Assembly (NCBI GenBank): GCA_963662285.2
Contig: CAXXMV010000002.1
Span: 544,001 to 608,000, forward strand
Length of the DNA stretch: 64,000 nt
Origin: a bacterium
GTDB taxonomy: Bacteria > Hinthialibacterota > Hinthialibacteria > Hinthialibacterales > Hinthialibacteraceae
Direction: 5' to 3'
Positions 41,301-51,596 of this stretch are shown here, one piece after another; within the stretch, counting starts at the first letter, position 1; each line of letters starts with the position of its first letter. Both the position numbers and the translations under genes were made by a program. The notes under the pieces are model-generated. The model was given only the letters and a program-made list of their open reading frames with translations, made no database searches and was not told where the DNA came from.

Positions 41301-41692
41301 AAATAGTGAGTGGTTTGACGTAAGAAATAATTGTGACGGTTATGGATGCCTCCCCCTCCCGATATATCCGGGCCGACCAAAGGCCAGAAAGAGAATCGCC
41401 CTACTATTGCATCATGATAAAAGAAATCAAATTCGACCGTGTATTCCTGCGGCAGTTGCTTATCGAGACGCAACCAGTGATTTCCAGTACCGGTCCATTC
41501 TATTCTGCCGTTGACGGCTTCAACCGGGCCTTCAGTAGACATATCGATCCATTCCGGCCATGCTTCGGCTGGATTAGAACTGGAAGGATTCTCAAAATCG
41601 TTTTGATATTGCACGCCTGAATAGGCATGCGATGCAATTAACAAAATAGCGGATATTGCAATAATCGATTGTACCATCTTCATTCTTTTCAT
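38393..41692 (-). CDS. Large secreted multidomain lectin/CBM-like protein (paralog A, ~1100 aa)
   Basis: Signal peptide; two tandem ~200-aa jelly-roll-like repeats; Ig-like segments; CBM-like GDWWRYTFD..GGVHSIV; ends TDVAGWELF; RBS GGAGG. Confidence 0.75.
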   Translation of the reverse strand: MKRMKMVQSIIAISAILLIASHAYSGVQYQNDFENPSSSNPAEAWPEWIDMSTEGPVEAVNGRIEWTGTGNHWLRLDKQLPQEYTVEFDFFYHDAIVGRFSFWPLVGPDISGGGGIHNRHNYFLRQTTHYFNGTNTVPSEGECDLTLPLEANPHRLRAEVRGDHVLLMYKDRGEGGWILIDERDFPPFGDGPRYIQLGYNLDSAPAGLIYIDNFVVSYKDENLFNYSNNFNDPSAPDPTTAWPELVDMSTDGPVEAVNGRIEWTGGSNHWLRLDKELPQEYSVEFDFFYHNEIVGRFSFWPLVGPDVAGGNGIFDRHNYFLRQTTHYFDGSNSLPSEGECDITLPLGANPHRLRAEVSGDHVLLMYKDQGEGGWILIDDRDFPPFGDGPRYIQLGYNLDSAPAGLIYIDNLEVRGVAANRATISREMSAMHFEADTPLTISLPVKINGSIPSLEIIEGLPNNWTVSNISNNGVVSGGNIYWSLKNLSESTTLSYTITPPRLLLNRIAGFSGSFDQGDGEERITGETAISILLPYLYREAVDYDFSGSPVDGKNYPTGYELDERYTEGMDGIASAVAYERPSGDGSTPQIDLTFEFPTGADFHQSNPTGTRGDSYDLDGFRDDDEVGLEKRGDLYSIGQGITGGDWWRYTFDLGEGDQVLYLNLSINNGWGHTGDALIDVYVDNKFKGEIRVPDTQGFDVFKMFSVGPFPVSGGVHSIVAAFPTLPADHHDPTGFQRLEIVRVKGVGKVTRQLTQDGFFDASQPLMVSLNSESVYGSYEAFIEESIPPGAQVQDISDGGQQIGSKIIWDLAPITGSQTISYTLASSEGTRFLIFDGLCDIGLPLARPINGDVSVTNEVWLFGAPTDEKKDDFDSDLADPWFVEYGSDPALSADYEDGVIISTADGLLSFEVDTISTPEKFNEWTDGRRAPMILRTDIPEGDWRIETNVTLKDTITWDQYHVGLAVTYNQGDDADVSGDEYLFGFYAADLRVELTGQSVIGILDYHEFVNDYDWIDELMLQDKITAKIAVTRRDGELIFSAQLPDSSWQLVGAPIQENRQATRVGIFAKNWGGENVNVAEYDYFTLQTLDIFTDVAGWELF

Positions 41693-41803
41693 TGCTATTA
41701 CCTCCATTTTTGAAGAAAAATCAGAACATTATTACGCCTACTACTCTATGCATTCATAACACAAAAATAATTCAATTGATAGACTGCTCCCTAATTAATC
41801 AAC

Positions 41804-41843
41804 AAAAAGGGCGGCGAAAAGAAATATACTCTTTCCGCCGCCC
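41804..41843 (-). terminator. Intrinsic terminator of paralog B
   Basis: Near-identical to the 38328-38367 hairpin. Confidence 0.8.
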
Positions 41844-43685
41844 ATAATAGTTGTTATTAACTATTCAAATTAGAAGAGTTCCCACCCGGCAACATCGGTG
41901 AAGATATCCAATGTTTGAATGGTAAAGTAATCATATTCTGCAATATTGAAATTCTCAGCGCCCCAGTTTTTGGCGAAGATTCCAATGCGGGTTGCCTGAC
42001 GATTCTCCACAATTGGAGCGCCAACCAACTGCCACGATGAACCTGGCAACTGAGCGCTGAAGATCAACTCTCCATCGCGTCTGGTTACAGCAATCTTGGC
42101 CGTGATTACACCCTGTAACAAGAGTTCATCGATCCAATCAAACTCATTAGTAAATTCATGATAATCAAGGACGCCCAACGCGCCCTTATTGGTTAACTCA
42201 ACGCGTAAATCTGACGCATAGAATCCGAGGAGATACTCATCTCCAGTTACATTGGCATCATCACCTTGATTGTACGATACGACCAAACCAACGTGATATT
42301 CAATCCAGGAAAGAGCATCCATCAAAGTCAATTCAGTCTCTATACGCCAATCACCCTCAGGAATATCCGTACGCAGGATCATGGGGGCGCGGCGTCCATT
42401 GCTCCATTCATTGAACTTTTCAGGAGTGGAAACCGTATCAATCTCAACAGACAATTTTCCATCAGCTGTCGAAATCATAACGCCGTCTTCATAATCTGCG
42501 CTTAAGGCCGGATCGCTGCCATATTCAACAAACCAGGGATCAGCCAGATCGCTATCGAAATCGTCTTTCTTCTCATCTGTCGGGGCGCCAAACAACCAGA
42601 CTTCATTGGTCACGCTGCCATCGCCATGCACTGTATCCGCCAAAGGCAATCCAGTATCGCATAAACCGTTGAACATTAGGTATTTCAGTCCTTCAGGCGT
42701 ACCTAAGGTATACTGAACTGTTTGGGAATTGGTTGTTGGATCAACTTTGAATAACAGGTGGTTGCCAACTAACTCTCCGCCGCCCAGATCAGTAACTTCA
42801 ACGCCAGCAGGAATAACTTCATCAATAAAGGCGGTATAAGAACCATAAAGGGCTTCTGCGGATAACGAAACGGTTAAATCATCACCAGCGTTAAAGAATC
42901 CATCCGCTGTTAATGAACGCTCGACGCGGCCAATTCCTTTTACCCGAACCACTTCCATGCGACCAATATCTTCAACTACATTCGCCCCTGGCATGGCCAG
43001 AACTATCGAATGCACGCCGCCGCTCACTTCAAATGGTCCAACAGTATAGAAATAATACGCATTAAAGTCCGTACCAGCCGCTTCGAAGACGCCCTTGAAT
43101 TTATTGTCGACATATAGATCGACTTCACAATCGCCATTACCCCAAGTATTGATGCTCAAATTCAGGAGAAGAACCTGATCGCCTTCACCCAAATCAAAAG
43201 TATATCGTAACCAGTCACCTGGAGTGACTTTATCACCGCCGATTCCAGCGCCAGTGTCACTGGCCCCTTTCTCGAAGGTCATTTCATCCATATCGCGGTA
43301 ATCACCTAAACTATAGTTCTCATCATCTTTTGGAACTCCAGGATTCGCAAAGTGGAAATCCGCACCAGCTGGAAAGACGAATTCTGCATCAAAAGCAGGA
43401 GCTTCACCGCCTCCGGGACGTTCATAAACTGTGTCTGAAGGGATTCCATCCATGCCTTGGGTATATCGCTCTCCTAAAGCAAACTCTGTCGGATAATTCT
43501 TGCCATCCACCGGGCTGCCGCTGAAGTCATAATCGATGCATTCACGATATAGATATGGCAACAAAATAGCTATCGCTGTATCGCCGGCAATACGCTCTTC
43601 GCCGCCGCCGGAGTCAACGCTGCCTGAAAAACCTGCAACGCGCTTAAGAATCAAGCGGGGTGGTATCGCGTCATAGGTCAACGTT

Positions 43686-46014
43686 CAGACCTCCTGAGCT
43701 CACCCGTGGTTTGCGGTTCTCGCGGGATTTTGTTAGGATACTGGAGGGAAGGCCAATCCTGCAGAGTATGAGGGAGTTAAAAAAATGCCGCAGACCTTAT
43801 TACCTCTATTCGCATCAGGCGAAGGATTCATATCCGAGTTGATTTCCTATCAAAAAAAAGATGGATCGGTGTACTACTTTCATGCCGGATTACCGGTTTT
43901 CAGTCATGGGGAAACCGACCTTAAAAGTTTTCGCATGTTCACCAGCCAGTTGGCGGTCAGTGGAGTCTGCCGCCAAGTTGACATCGTTAGAGCCTTTGGC
44001 ATCAGCGCCATCAGTATGAAGCGATGGGTCAAGAAATACCGCGAGGAAGGCCCGGAAGCATTCTTCAAAACTCCGCGCCGACGCAGCGAACATGTCCTGA
44101 CGCCGGAGGTGTTGCAAAAAACCCAAGACCTCTTATCGCAGGGCGTGAGCCGTTCCGAAGCAGCGAAGCAAATGAATCTAAAATCGAATACCTTGTCGAA
44201 GGCGATCTGCGCAGGCCGCTTGACCGAACCGGTAAAAAAAAAGACCTGAACGGCAGCAACAAAAGCCAGCGCAGCGCGGCGGATCATGCCGCTCCCATGG
44301 GGATGGGATGTACGCGGGTCGTGGAGCGGGTCTGCGCGGCGACGGGGCAACTCAGCGAAGCGCCCACCCGTTTCGAGACCTCGCTGGACGTCTGCAATGG
44401 CGGCGTGCTTTGGGCGCTGCCGGCGTTATCGGCCAATGGATTGTTGACCAAAACAGAAGCCTTGTTCTCCCTGCCCAAAGGTTATTATTCCTGCATTCAT
44501 ATTTTCCTGCTGTTAGCTTTCATGGCCTTGATCCGGATCAAGACCAACGAACAGTTGCGCTATTTTCCGGCGGGAGAAGGGGGCAAATGGCTGGGATTGG
44601 ATCGAATCCCCGAAGTGCGGACCTTGCGGGAAAAGATCAAAATCCTGGCGGCGCCCGAATCGGTCGCGCAATGGAGCCGCATCTTGTCACGGCATTGGAT
44701 GGATAACAATCCAGAGGCGGCGGGAGTTCTGTATATCGATGGACACGTACGCGTCTATCACGGCTCGCAAACTCCGCTCCCCAAACGGTACGTGGCGCGC
44801 GACCGCTTGTGCATGCGGGGCACGACCGACTATTGGGTAAACGATCAGCAGGGCGATCCGTTCTTCGTGGTGAGCACGCCGTTCACCGCGGGATTGCTGG
44901 ATATGTTGAAACGCGAGATCGCGCCGCAACTGCTGCAGGATGTTCCCAACCAGCCCAGCCCGCAACAACTCGAAGCGAATCCTTATTGCCATCGGTTTGT
45001 CATGATCTTTGACCGTGAGGGATACAGCCCAACCTTCTTCGCGGAGATGCGGACGCTCCGCATCGCCTGCCAAACCTACAACAAGTATCCCAAAGAAGAT
45101 TGGCCGGAAGCGGAATTCACCGAGGTCAATGTGGAGATGCCCGGCGGCCATTCATCACGCATGAAATTGGCTGAACGAGGGGTGTTCCTGGGCCGGGTTT
45201 TGTGGGTGAGGGAAATCCGGAAACTCACAGAAAGCGGTCACCAAACCTCGGTGATCAGTACGGATTACACCTCTGATTTCACCCGTATTGCGGCGCATAT
45301 GTTCTCGCGATGGTCACAGGAAAACTTTTTCCGTTATATGATGCAACACTATGGAATTGATCGGCTTATCGACTACGATCTCGTCAAGCCGGATGATACC
45401 GTGAAAGTGGTCAATCCCGCCTATCGTTCTTTGGAAGGCCGGATAAAAAAACAAGCGGGACGATTGGGAAGAAAGAAGGCGGAGTTTGGAACTTTGGCGC
45501 TGACGGAATCCCAGGTGGAGGAGAAAGATATCTTATCCTTTGAACAAAAAAAGGGGGAAATCAAAGAAGATATCGAGCAGTTGGAGCATGAACTGGCCGG
45601 GATGAAGGAGGAACGTAAAACGGTTGACAAGCACTTGCCGCTTAATCAACTGCCGGAGCCGGAACGGTTTTTGCAACTCGCTCCGACGCGCAAACAATTT
45701 CTCGATGCGATTAAAATGATCGCCTATCGGGCGGAGACGGCCATGGCGATGATTGTGCGAACAAAATTGGCCCGAAGCGACGATGCCCGCTCATTGATCC
45801 GGGAAATATTTGCGACGGAAGCGGATCTCATTCCGGATGAGGAAAACAAAACCTTAACGGTGCAGTTGCACCATTTGACCAACCACCTATCGGATCAAGC
45901 CGCCCGCAACTTAGCAGCGAATCTCAACGCCACAGAAACCATCTACCCCGGCACGGAATTGCGACTAATCTACAAACTGGTATCGGATGAAATTCCACCA
46001 GATCAGGAGGTCTG
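43686..46014 (+). mobile_element. Insertion sequence, ~2.33 kb, DDE-type
   Basis: Terminal inverted repeats CAGACCTCCTGA / TCAGGAGGTCTG; flanking direct repeat ACGTT (or a 13-bp TIR with a CGT duplication); visibly higher GC than the flanks. Confidence 0.92.
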
Positions 46015-46015
46015 A
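43785..46015 (+). CDS. Transposase expressed as an orfA (HTH, 43785-44249)/orfB fusion via -1 frameshift (~743 aa)
   Basis: In-frame A AAA AAG in an A9 run at 44234-44242; orfB is in the -1 frame; candidate catalytic motifs YIDGH, FDREG and RWSQENFF. Confidence 0.8.
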
Positions 46016-47609
46016 CGTTACGGTTTCAGATTGATTGGTAAACGACCAGATAACATTGCCATTACTCACAACGCCGCCATTAGAAATATTGGCTACGCTC
46101 CAACCTTCGGGGATGCCTTCTATGATTGTCAGAGAAGGAATATTGCCTGTTACCGTCATCTGAAGAGTGATTGGAACAGCGGTATCAGGTTCAAAGATTG
46201 CAGCGCCAATAGCGCGTTCAACAATTGCTCTGTTATCAGAAAGACCCGTCACCTCAAAATTATCAATATAATGAGCTGATGAAGCGCCGCTATCGAGATT
46301 GTTGCCTAGTTGAACATACCTGGGGCCATCACCGAAGGGAACATCAATATCACGTTCGTCGACTTTGATCCATCCGCCTTCTCCTCGATCCTTATAAAGG
46401 AAGACCACATGGTCGCCAGTCACTTCAAAACGCAATCTGTGTGGTGGAGATCCGATAGGCAGATTGGCATTAAATGGACCTTCGCTGGGAATGGTATCCG
46501 AGAGATTGTAATAATGTGAGTTTTCACGAAGGAAATAGTTACGGCGTTCGATGCTTTCTCCAGGTTTAACTAAAGGCCAGACGGAAAACCGGCTGTTGAC
46601 ATTTTCAGGATGGAAGAAATCGAACTCCATGACAAAGTTCATGGGAAGTTCTTTATCCAACCGAATCCACTGGTTGCCGCCATTAACCCATTCGATGTGA
46701 CCATTAACCGCCTGAGCAGTAACTCCACCAAATTCAACCCATTCCGGCCATGCTTCCCAGGGTACAGTGCTGCTGGGATTATCGAAATTATTGCTGTAAT
46801 GAAAGAGGTTTTCTTCCAGATAACTCACAACGATATTATCTACATAGTGTGTTCCGATATTGCCTCCATCATCGTTGTAACCCAACTGGATATAACGGTT
46901 TTCTCCGTCAAACGCAGGAAAATCACGCTCATCGATCAGAATCCAGCCGCCTTCACCTTGATCCTTGTACAGGAAAACCACATGGTCGCCAGTCACTTCA
47001 AAACGCAAACGATGTGGATTTGATCCTATAGGAAGAGTAAGGTCTCTCGGTCCCTCACTTGGTATCGTATCCGCCAAATTATAGTAATGAGTATTGGCGC
47101 GCATAAAATAATTATGCCGATCAGCGATGCTTTCATTTTCATCGCATAATGGCCAAAATGAAAAACGCCCATTTACATCCTCTTGATAGAAGAAATCCAA
47201 CTCGACGGTATATTCTTGAGGCAGGGGCATATCCAACCGGATCCAGTCGTTGTTATCCCCACTGCCATACCATTCCAACCGGCCATTGATCGCATGGCAA
47301 TCAGTATCTGCAGCGAATTTTATCCATTCAGGATAAGCTTCCTGAACATCTTCGCTGCTCGGATTCTCGAAGTCATTGCTGTATTGAACCGCGGCTTCAG
47401 TTGAAACAACCGAAAAGGCCCAAATAGCAAGACATGCTAACAAATACACCGAAATTCTTTTACTACGCATAATCTACCTCCCATTTAATTAAATAAATCA
47501 ATCAATATGTAATACACCCTAATACAGCTTGGTATCATATAAAATTAAATAACTCCGTGTCAACTATCAACTCATAAATAACCTTAACAAATCACCCAAA
47601 ACTATTTAC

Positions 47610-47626
47610 AATCATCAAAAATGATT
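47610..47626. promoter_or_regulatory. Possible DeoR-family operator
   Basis: aatcat-caaaa-atgatt inverted repeat in the divergent promoter region. Confidence 0.3.
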
Positions 47627-47672
47627 GATAATGAAAATAGCAAAGATTTTTGTAAAAGAAAAGGATAATATA

Positions 47673-48458
47673 GTGCTACAGGAAGAACGATACGAGAAAA
47701 TATTAAACCTATTGTCCGACAGGAATCATTTAACGGTTGATAATGTCAAAGAATCTCTAGGGATAAGCCCATCTACGGTACGGCGTGATTTCCGTACTCT
47801 GGTTGAGCGAAATCTGGTGAAACGTTCGCGGGGTGGAATAAGCCAATTAACAAGCGGAAAAGAAGATGGCAATATGCCATTCGAACTGCGTCAGATCACC
47901 CATGCAGATGAAAAACAGTTATTAGCAAAACAAGCTGTATCATTATTACAGCCAAACGATACTTTGTTCATTGATGGAGGAACCACTACGCTGCAAATGA
48001 TCCGGTACCTGCCTCATTTTCCTCTGACAGTAGTATCGAATTCGCTTCCCCATGTTTCAGCAATGATCGAGAATCGCTCCAAGAATCCGCAACTTGAAAT
48101 ATATACCGCCGGAGGATATGTCTACGTCCCCTGGCATGTCAACCTTGGGCCGCAAACCAGATATTGCCTATCGCAGTATCATGCCAAATACGCATTTTTA
48201 TCGGGCAGGGGCATTGATGAGATTGGCGCCTATAATCATAACGAACTGGTTGTTGAAACCGAGCGAACCATGATGGCCAATGCTGATAAAGTGGTTTTCA
48301 TCATGGATCACTCGAAAATCGGACAACGATCTATGAGTTTTCTATGCACGCTGAATGAGATCGATATTTTGATAACGAGTACTAATTGTATAAATCGAAG
48401 TCTATTAGATAAATTAAATGAAGCAAAAGTCAAAGTAATAATCGTCGATCTTGCTTAG
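47673..48458 (+). CDS. DeoR/GlpR-family transcriptional regulator
   Basis: R..KIL..L, ISPSTVRRD, R.RGG, FIDGGTTT and DHSKIG motifs; GTG start with an AAGGA RBS. Confidence 0.93.
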   Translation: MLQEERYEKILNLLSDRNHLTVDNVKESLGISPSTVRRDFRTLVERNLVKRSRGGISQLTSGKEDGNMPFELRQITHADEKQLLAKQAVSLLQPNDTLFIDGGTTTLQMIRYLPHFPLTVVSNSLPHVSAMIENRSKNPQLEIYTAGGYVYVPWHVNLGPQTRYCLSQYHAKYAFLSGRGIDEIGAYNHNELVVETERTMMANADKVVFIMDHSKIGQRSMSFLCTLNEIDILITSTNCINRSLLDKLNEAKVKVIIVDLA

Positions 48459-48494
48459 CGCGCCTTGCCTATCAGGATCGAAATTGAGCGCATA

Positions 48495-49955
48495 TTACTC
48501 GCTCCAGCTGAAGGCGAAGTCGAGAACATTGGCGCCCGCCATTGAGACTCGTTTGAATTCTTCCCAGCTATCGATGCGACGCACCCATTTCCAGACATAA
48601 CTAGGACGAAGGTAGAATTTCCGGTAAATGCGGCGGATATTATTGGATAATTCGTCGTTGGTTAAATCGGTAAAGAATTGATTAAAGAAAGCATCGGTAT
48701 GCAAACGGCTGATATCCATCTGGCTGCCATCGCCGATATCGGGATGGACTTTCGCCACTTCATTAAACAATGGAGTACCTGGATATGGCGTGGTTATTCC
48801 GAAAGTGATAATAGTCGGATCGATATCAAGGATGAACTTGATGGTTCGTTCAATGGTTTCCTTGGTCTCACCGGGACTGCCGATAATGCAATGAGCATGA
48901 GTATCCAGTTTATATTTATGGCAAAGTTCCATGGCTCGCCGCGTCTCTTCGACGGTAATATCCTTGCGAACGTTATCCAGAATTTCCTGGGCGCCCGATT
49001 CAACGCCAAAGCGTAATAAATGGCAGCCGGCGTCTTTCATGGCCAATAAAATTTCATCATCTACATTATTGACGCGGGAACTGCATATCCAGGTCAAATC
49101 GAGTTTGCGATCCTTGATGCCCTGACATATTTCCAGGACGCGCTTTTTCGAAGCAGTAAACAATTCATCGCGGAAGAATATTTCACGGTATCCGAGGTTC
49201 TGGCAATATTCCATCTCATCCACAACCTTTTCGGCGCTGCGGAAGCGTACTTTATCACCATAAAATACCGGGGAAGTGCAATACGTACATTTAGCCGTAC
49301 AGCCGCGGGTGGTAAACATGGTTGTAAACGGCATACGTTTTACAATAGGATTAAAGTAATCAACATCCTGAGGCAGCATGGTGCGATCAGCAAAAGGAAG
49401 ATCATCCAGGCTTTTTATCATAGGAGCAGGAGGGTTGATAACCACTTCGCCCTTTTCATCTTTGTAACCAATGCCCAGCACGTCTTTATAAGCGTCGCCG
49501 CCTTTTGCGAGGGCATTGACCAAATCGAGGACGATAGCTTCCTGTTCACGCATAACGATAAAATCGATGCCGTCGCGTGAAATAGTCGACCGGGGCATAA
49601 AAGTAGGCTGTGATCCAGTAACGATGGTTTTTAACCCGGGATGCGCATTTTTAAGATCAAGCAGAATTTCTGCATCTTCGACAACAGTCATAGTCGAAGT
49701 CAGCATTTGACAGACATCATATTTTTCTCTGGCCACTAATTGTTTGACATCTTCAATAGACATATCAAGCGCTGCGCCGTCAAGCAAATGGGCGTCGTGG
49801 CCAGCTTCTTTTAATACAGTACATACCAGCAATTGGGAAACAGATGGGAATTGGATTCCGGCAATTCGTTTTCCTTTACACCAGCATCCATATACCAAAT
49901 CCCTGGCAACATTCTTACTGTGTTTACTTGCTGGAATAAGCGTCAGGGTCTTCAT
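48495..49955 (-). CDS. B12-binding radical SAM protein (HpnJ-like)
   Basis: TRGCTAKCTYC, FFRDELF, FGVESG and TPYPGTPL motifs; N-terminal cobalamin-binding-like domain. Confidence 0.88.
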   Translation of the reverse strand: MKTLTLIPASKHSKNVARDLVYGCWCKGKRIAGIQFPSVSQLLVCTVLKEAGHDAHLLDGAALDMSIEDVKQLVAREKYDVCQMLTSTMTVVEDAEILLDLKNAHPGLKTIVTGSQPTFMPRSTISRDGIDFIVMREQEAIVLDLVNALAKGGDAYKDVLGIGYKDEKGEVVINPPAPMIKSLDDLPFADRTMLPQDVDYFNPIVKRMPFTTMFTTRGCTAKCTYCTSPVFYGDKVRFRSAEKVVDEMEYCQNLGYREIFFRDELFTASKKRVLEICQGIKDRKLDLTWICSSRVNNVDDEILLAMKDAGCHLLRFGVESGAQEILDNVRKDITVEETRRAMELCHKYKLDTHAHCIIGSPGETKETIERTIKFILDIDPTIITFGITTPYPGTPLFNEVAKVHPDIGDGSQMDISRLHTDAFFNQFFTDLTNDELSNNIRRIYRKFYLRPSYVWKWVRRIDSWEEFKRVSMAGANVLDFAFSWSE

Positions 49956-50161
49956 GTTTGAAATTCTCCTAAAAAACCGCCGTAAAAATCGGCGTTCCGT
50001 AAAAGATAGTAAAAGTTTAAGTTTTGTTTCAGTTTCGATTTAACCTAAATCAATTTTAAACAATTTTCTTATAAAACAAAGTAAATGGGCTGAATCTTTC
50101 ACTGCAATGGTCGAATCATTCCACTAAATAGCATTCGCAAATCATATAGAAGATACAATAG

Positions 50162-50449
50162 TTATGAATAAAATGTAATCCCTGGTAAAGTTAGAATCTG
50201 ATTAAGTGGAACAAACGTAACAGCATTTAAGAAAACGCAAAAAGGCGATTTCCTGATAGATCGCATCAATGCGGCCATAAAATCGGGCGAAAAATTCTTA
50301 AATACTGTTAAATCATGCGGTTGTTTAATAACTAAACTAGTGGCATATGGCAGTTCCCGAATGCGTTTCAAAAAAAGCCTGGTTAGATAGTCTTTTTTAA
50401 AGATAAAACTATTGCCAACAGGCATAATCATCAGAACTGCTTTATTCAT
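50162..50449 (-). CDS. Hypothetical protein
   Basis: ATG overlaps the end of the upstream GT2 gene; no recognisable motif. Confidence 0.35.
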   Translation of the reverse strand: MNKAVLMIMPVGNSFIFKKDYLTRLFLKRIRELPYATSLVIKQPHDLTVFKNFSPDFMAALMRSIRKSPFCVFLNAVTFVPLNQILTLPGITFYS

Positions 50450-51335
50450 TGCGGGAACGCCCCTGAGCAACAATAAGATCAGCCAGCAGCCCCATCATCC
50501 CGATAAGAATGCCGCCTAGGGTAAGTATTATGTCGCCTTCCTGTAATCCTCCAATAGATTTATAACTGTATATACTGCGCATTACGCCAGTGCCGCAAGC
50601 CAGGAATGAAAGAGGCAGAAATACTCGTAATGGGTTGAAATACATAACCATACGAATAACGGTAGCCAAGTACTTACTAGTATCTTTAATGGGATGGAAT
50701 TTAGATTCTCCAATTCGTTTATGGTATTTCGATGGAACCCATGTAACAGCGTAACCATTGCATAAAAAAGCCAGTGTCATGGTTGTGACGCAGGAAAAGC
50801 CTTCAGGCATAACCCACAGGTATTTCAACATTACGCTTCTTTTGAATGCCTTCAATCCGGTGTTCAAATCCGGGATTTTGACGCCGGAGAGATAAATGGC
50901 CAATTTACGAATAAACCATTTGGCGGGAACCCGTAACAATTTCATGGTTCCTTCTTCGGAAGTTCGGGCGCCATTAACCTGATCCCATTCGGGCAGCATA
51001 TCGAGCATTATGGGGATATCAGCCGCAGTATAAGTCCCGTCGGCGTCAAGCATGGCGATAAATTCGCCTTTGGCTTCACGAATGCCTGTTTTACGGGAGG
51101 CGCCTGATCCGCCATTTATTTTTCGCTGAACCACGCGAACTTTGAGGTCTTGGGCGATTTTCACAGTAGCGTCTGAGGAGCAATCATCAACCACTAAAAT
51201 CTCATAGGCATAAGAGGTTGCATTCATGGCAGCGCGAACATCGTTGATTACCGGGCCAATCGCCTCTTCTTCGTTATAACTGGGGATAACAATACTAACT
51301 TCGATTTGGGCGCCTGAGTCATACAATTCCGGCAT
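50442..51335 (-). CDS. GT2 glycosyltransferase (polyprenol-phosphate glycosyltransferase-like)
   Basis: SIVIPSYNEE, VDDCSSD, LDADGTY and DLNTGLKAF motifs; two C-terminal TM helices. Confidence 0.92.
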   Translation of the reverse strand: MPELYDSGAQIEVSIVIPSYNEEEAIGPVINDVRAAMNATSYAYEILVVDDCSSDATVKIAQDLKVRVVQRKINGGSGASRKTGIREAKGEFIAMLDADGTYTAADIPIMLDMLPEWDQVNGARTSEEGTMKLLRVPAKWFIRKLAIYLSGVKIPDLNTGLKAFKRSVMLKYLWVMPEGFSCVTTMTLAFLCNGYAVTWVPSKYHKRIGESKFHPIKDTSKYLATVIRMVMYFNPLRVFLPLSFLACGTGVMRSIYSYKSIGGLQEGDIILTLGGILIGMMGLLADLIVAQGRSRNE

Positions 51336-51461
51336 GAAACTATCCTTTCAAAAGAAAACAAAAGTTTTTCTGTATATGCAATGTGGAATACTACGTTTTG
51401 CATCTGAATATGTCACTAGAGTAGGACCAGTTTTTTTTGTCAGGTAGTTTTCTATAATTCA

Positions 51462-51496
51462 CCCTCACCCTAGCCTGCTCCCGGAGGGAGAGGGGA
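51462..51496. repeat. REP-like extragenic palindrome
   Basis: ccctcaccctagcctgctcccggagggagagggga resembles the widespread CCCTCACCC..CCCTCTCCC-n-GGGAGAGGG element. Confidence 0.6.
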
Positions 51497-51596
51497 CGAG
51501 GTCGCCCGACATAATAAGGTGGTCAGCGTACTAGAGTATTGTCATTTTTCCCCTTCTGTATGGCCGGTCAACCTCCAGAATTGATAATATCATATA

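Larger units (their letters stand above)
41870..47470 (-). pseudogene. Paralog B of the secreted lectin-like protein, interrupted by an IS
   Basis: Removing 43686-46014 plus one ACGTT copy restores an in-frame 1088-aa gene (..SETVTLTYDA..), collinear with paralog A (SESTTLSYTI). Confidence 0.9.

Noticed and set aside
44024-44233. N-terminus of the 663-aa transposase ORF
   Set aside because: Overlaps orfA in another frame; more simply explained by a -1 frameshift at the A9 run
45965-47470. 501-aa and 603-aa (41870-43681) ORFs as independent genes
   Set aside because: They are two halves of one IS-interrupted gene; the SDLLIWWNF.. tail is read from the IS end
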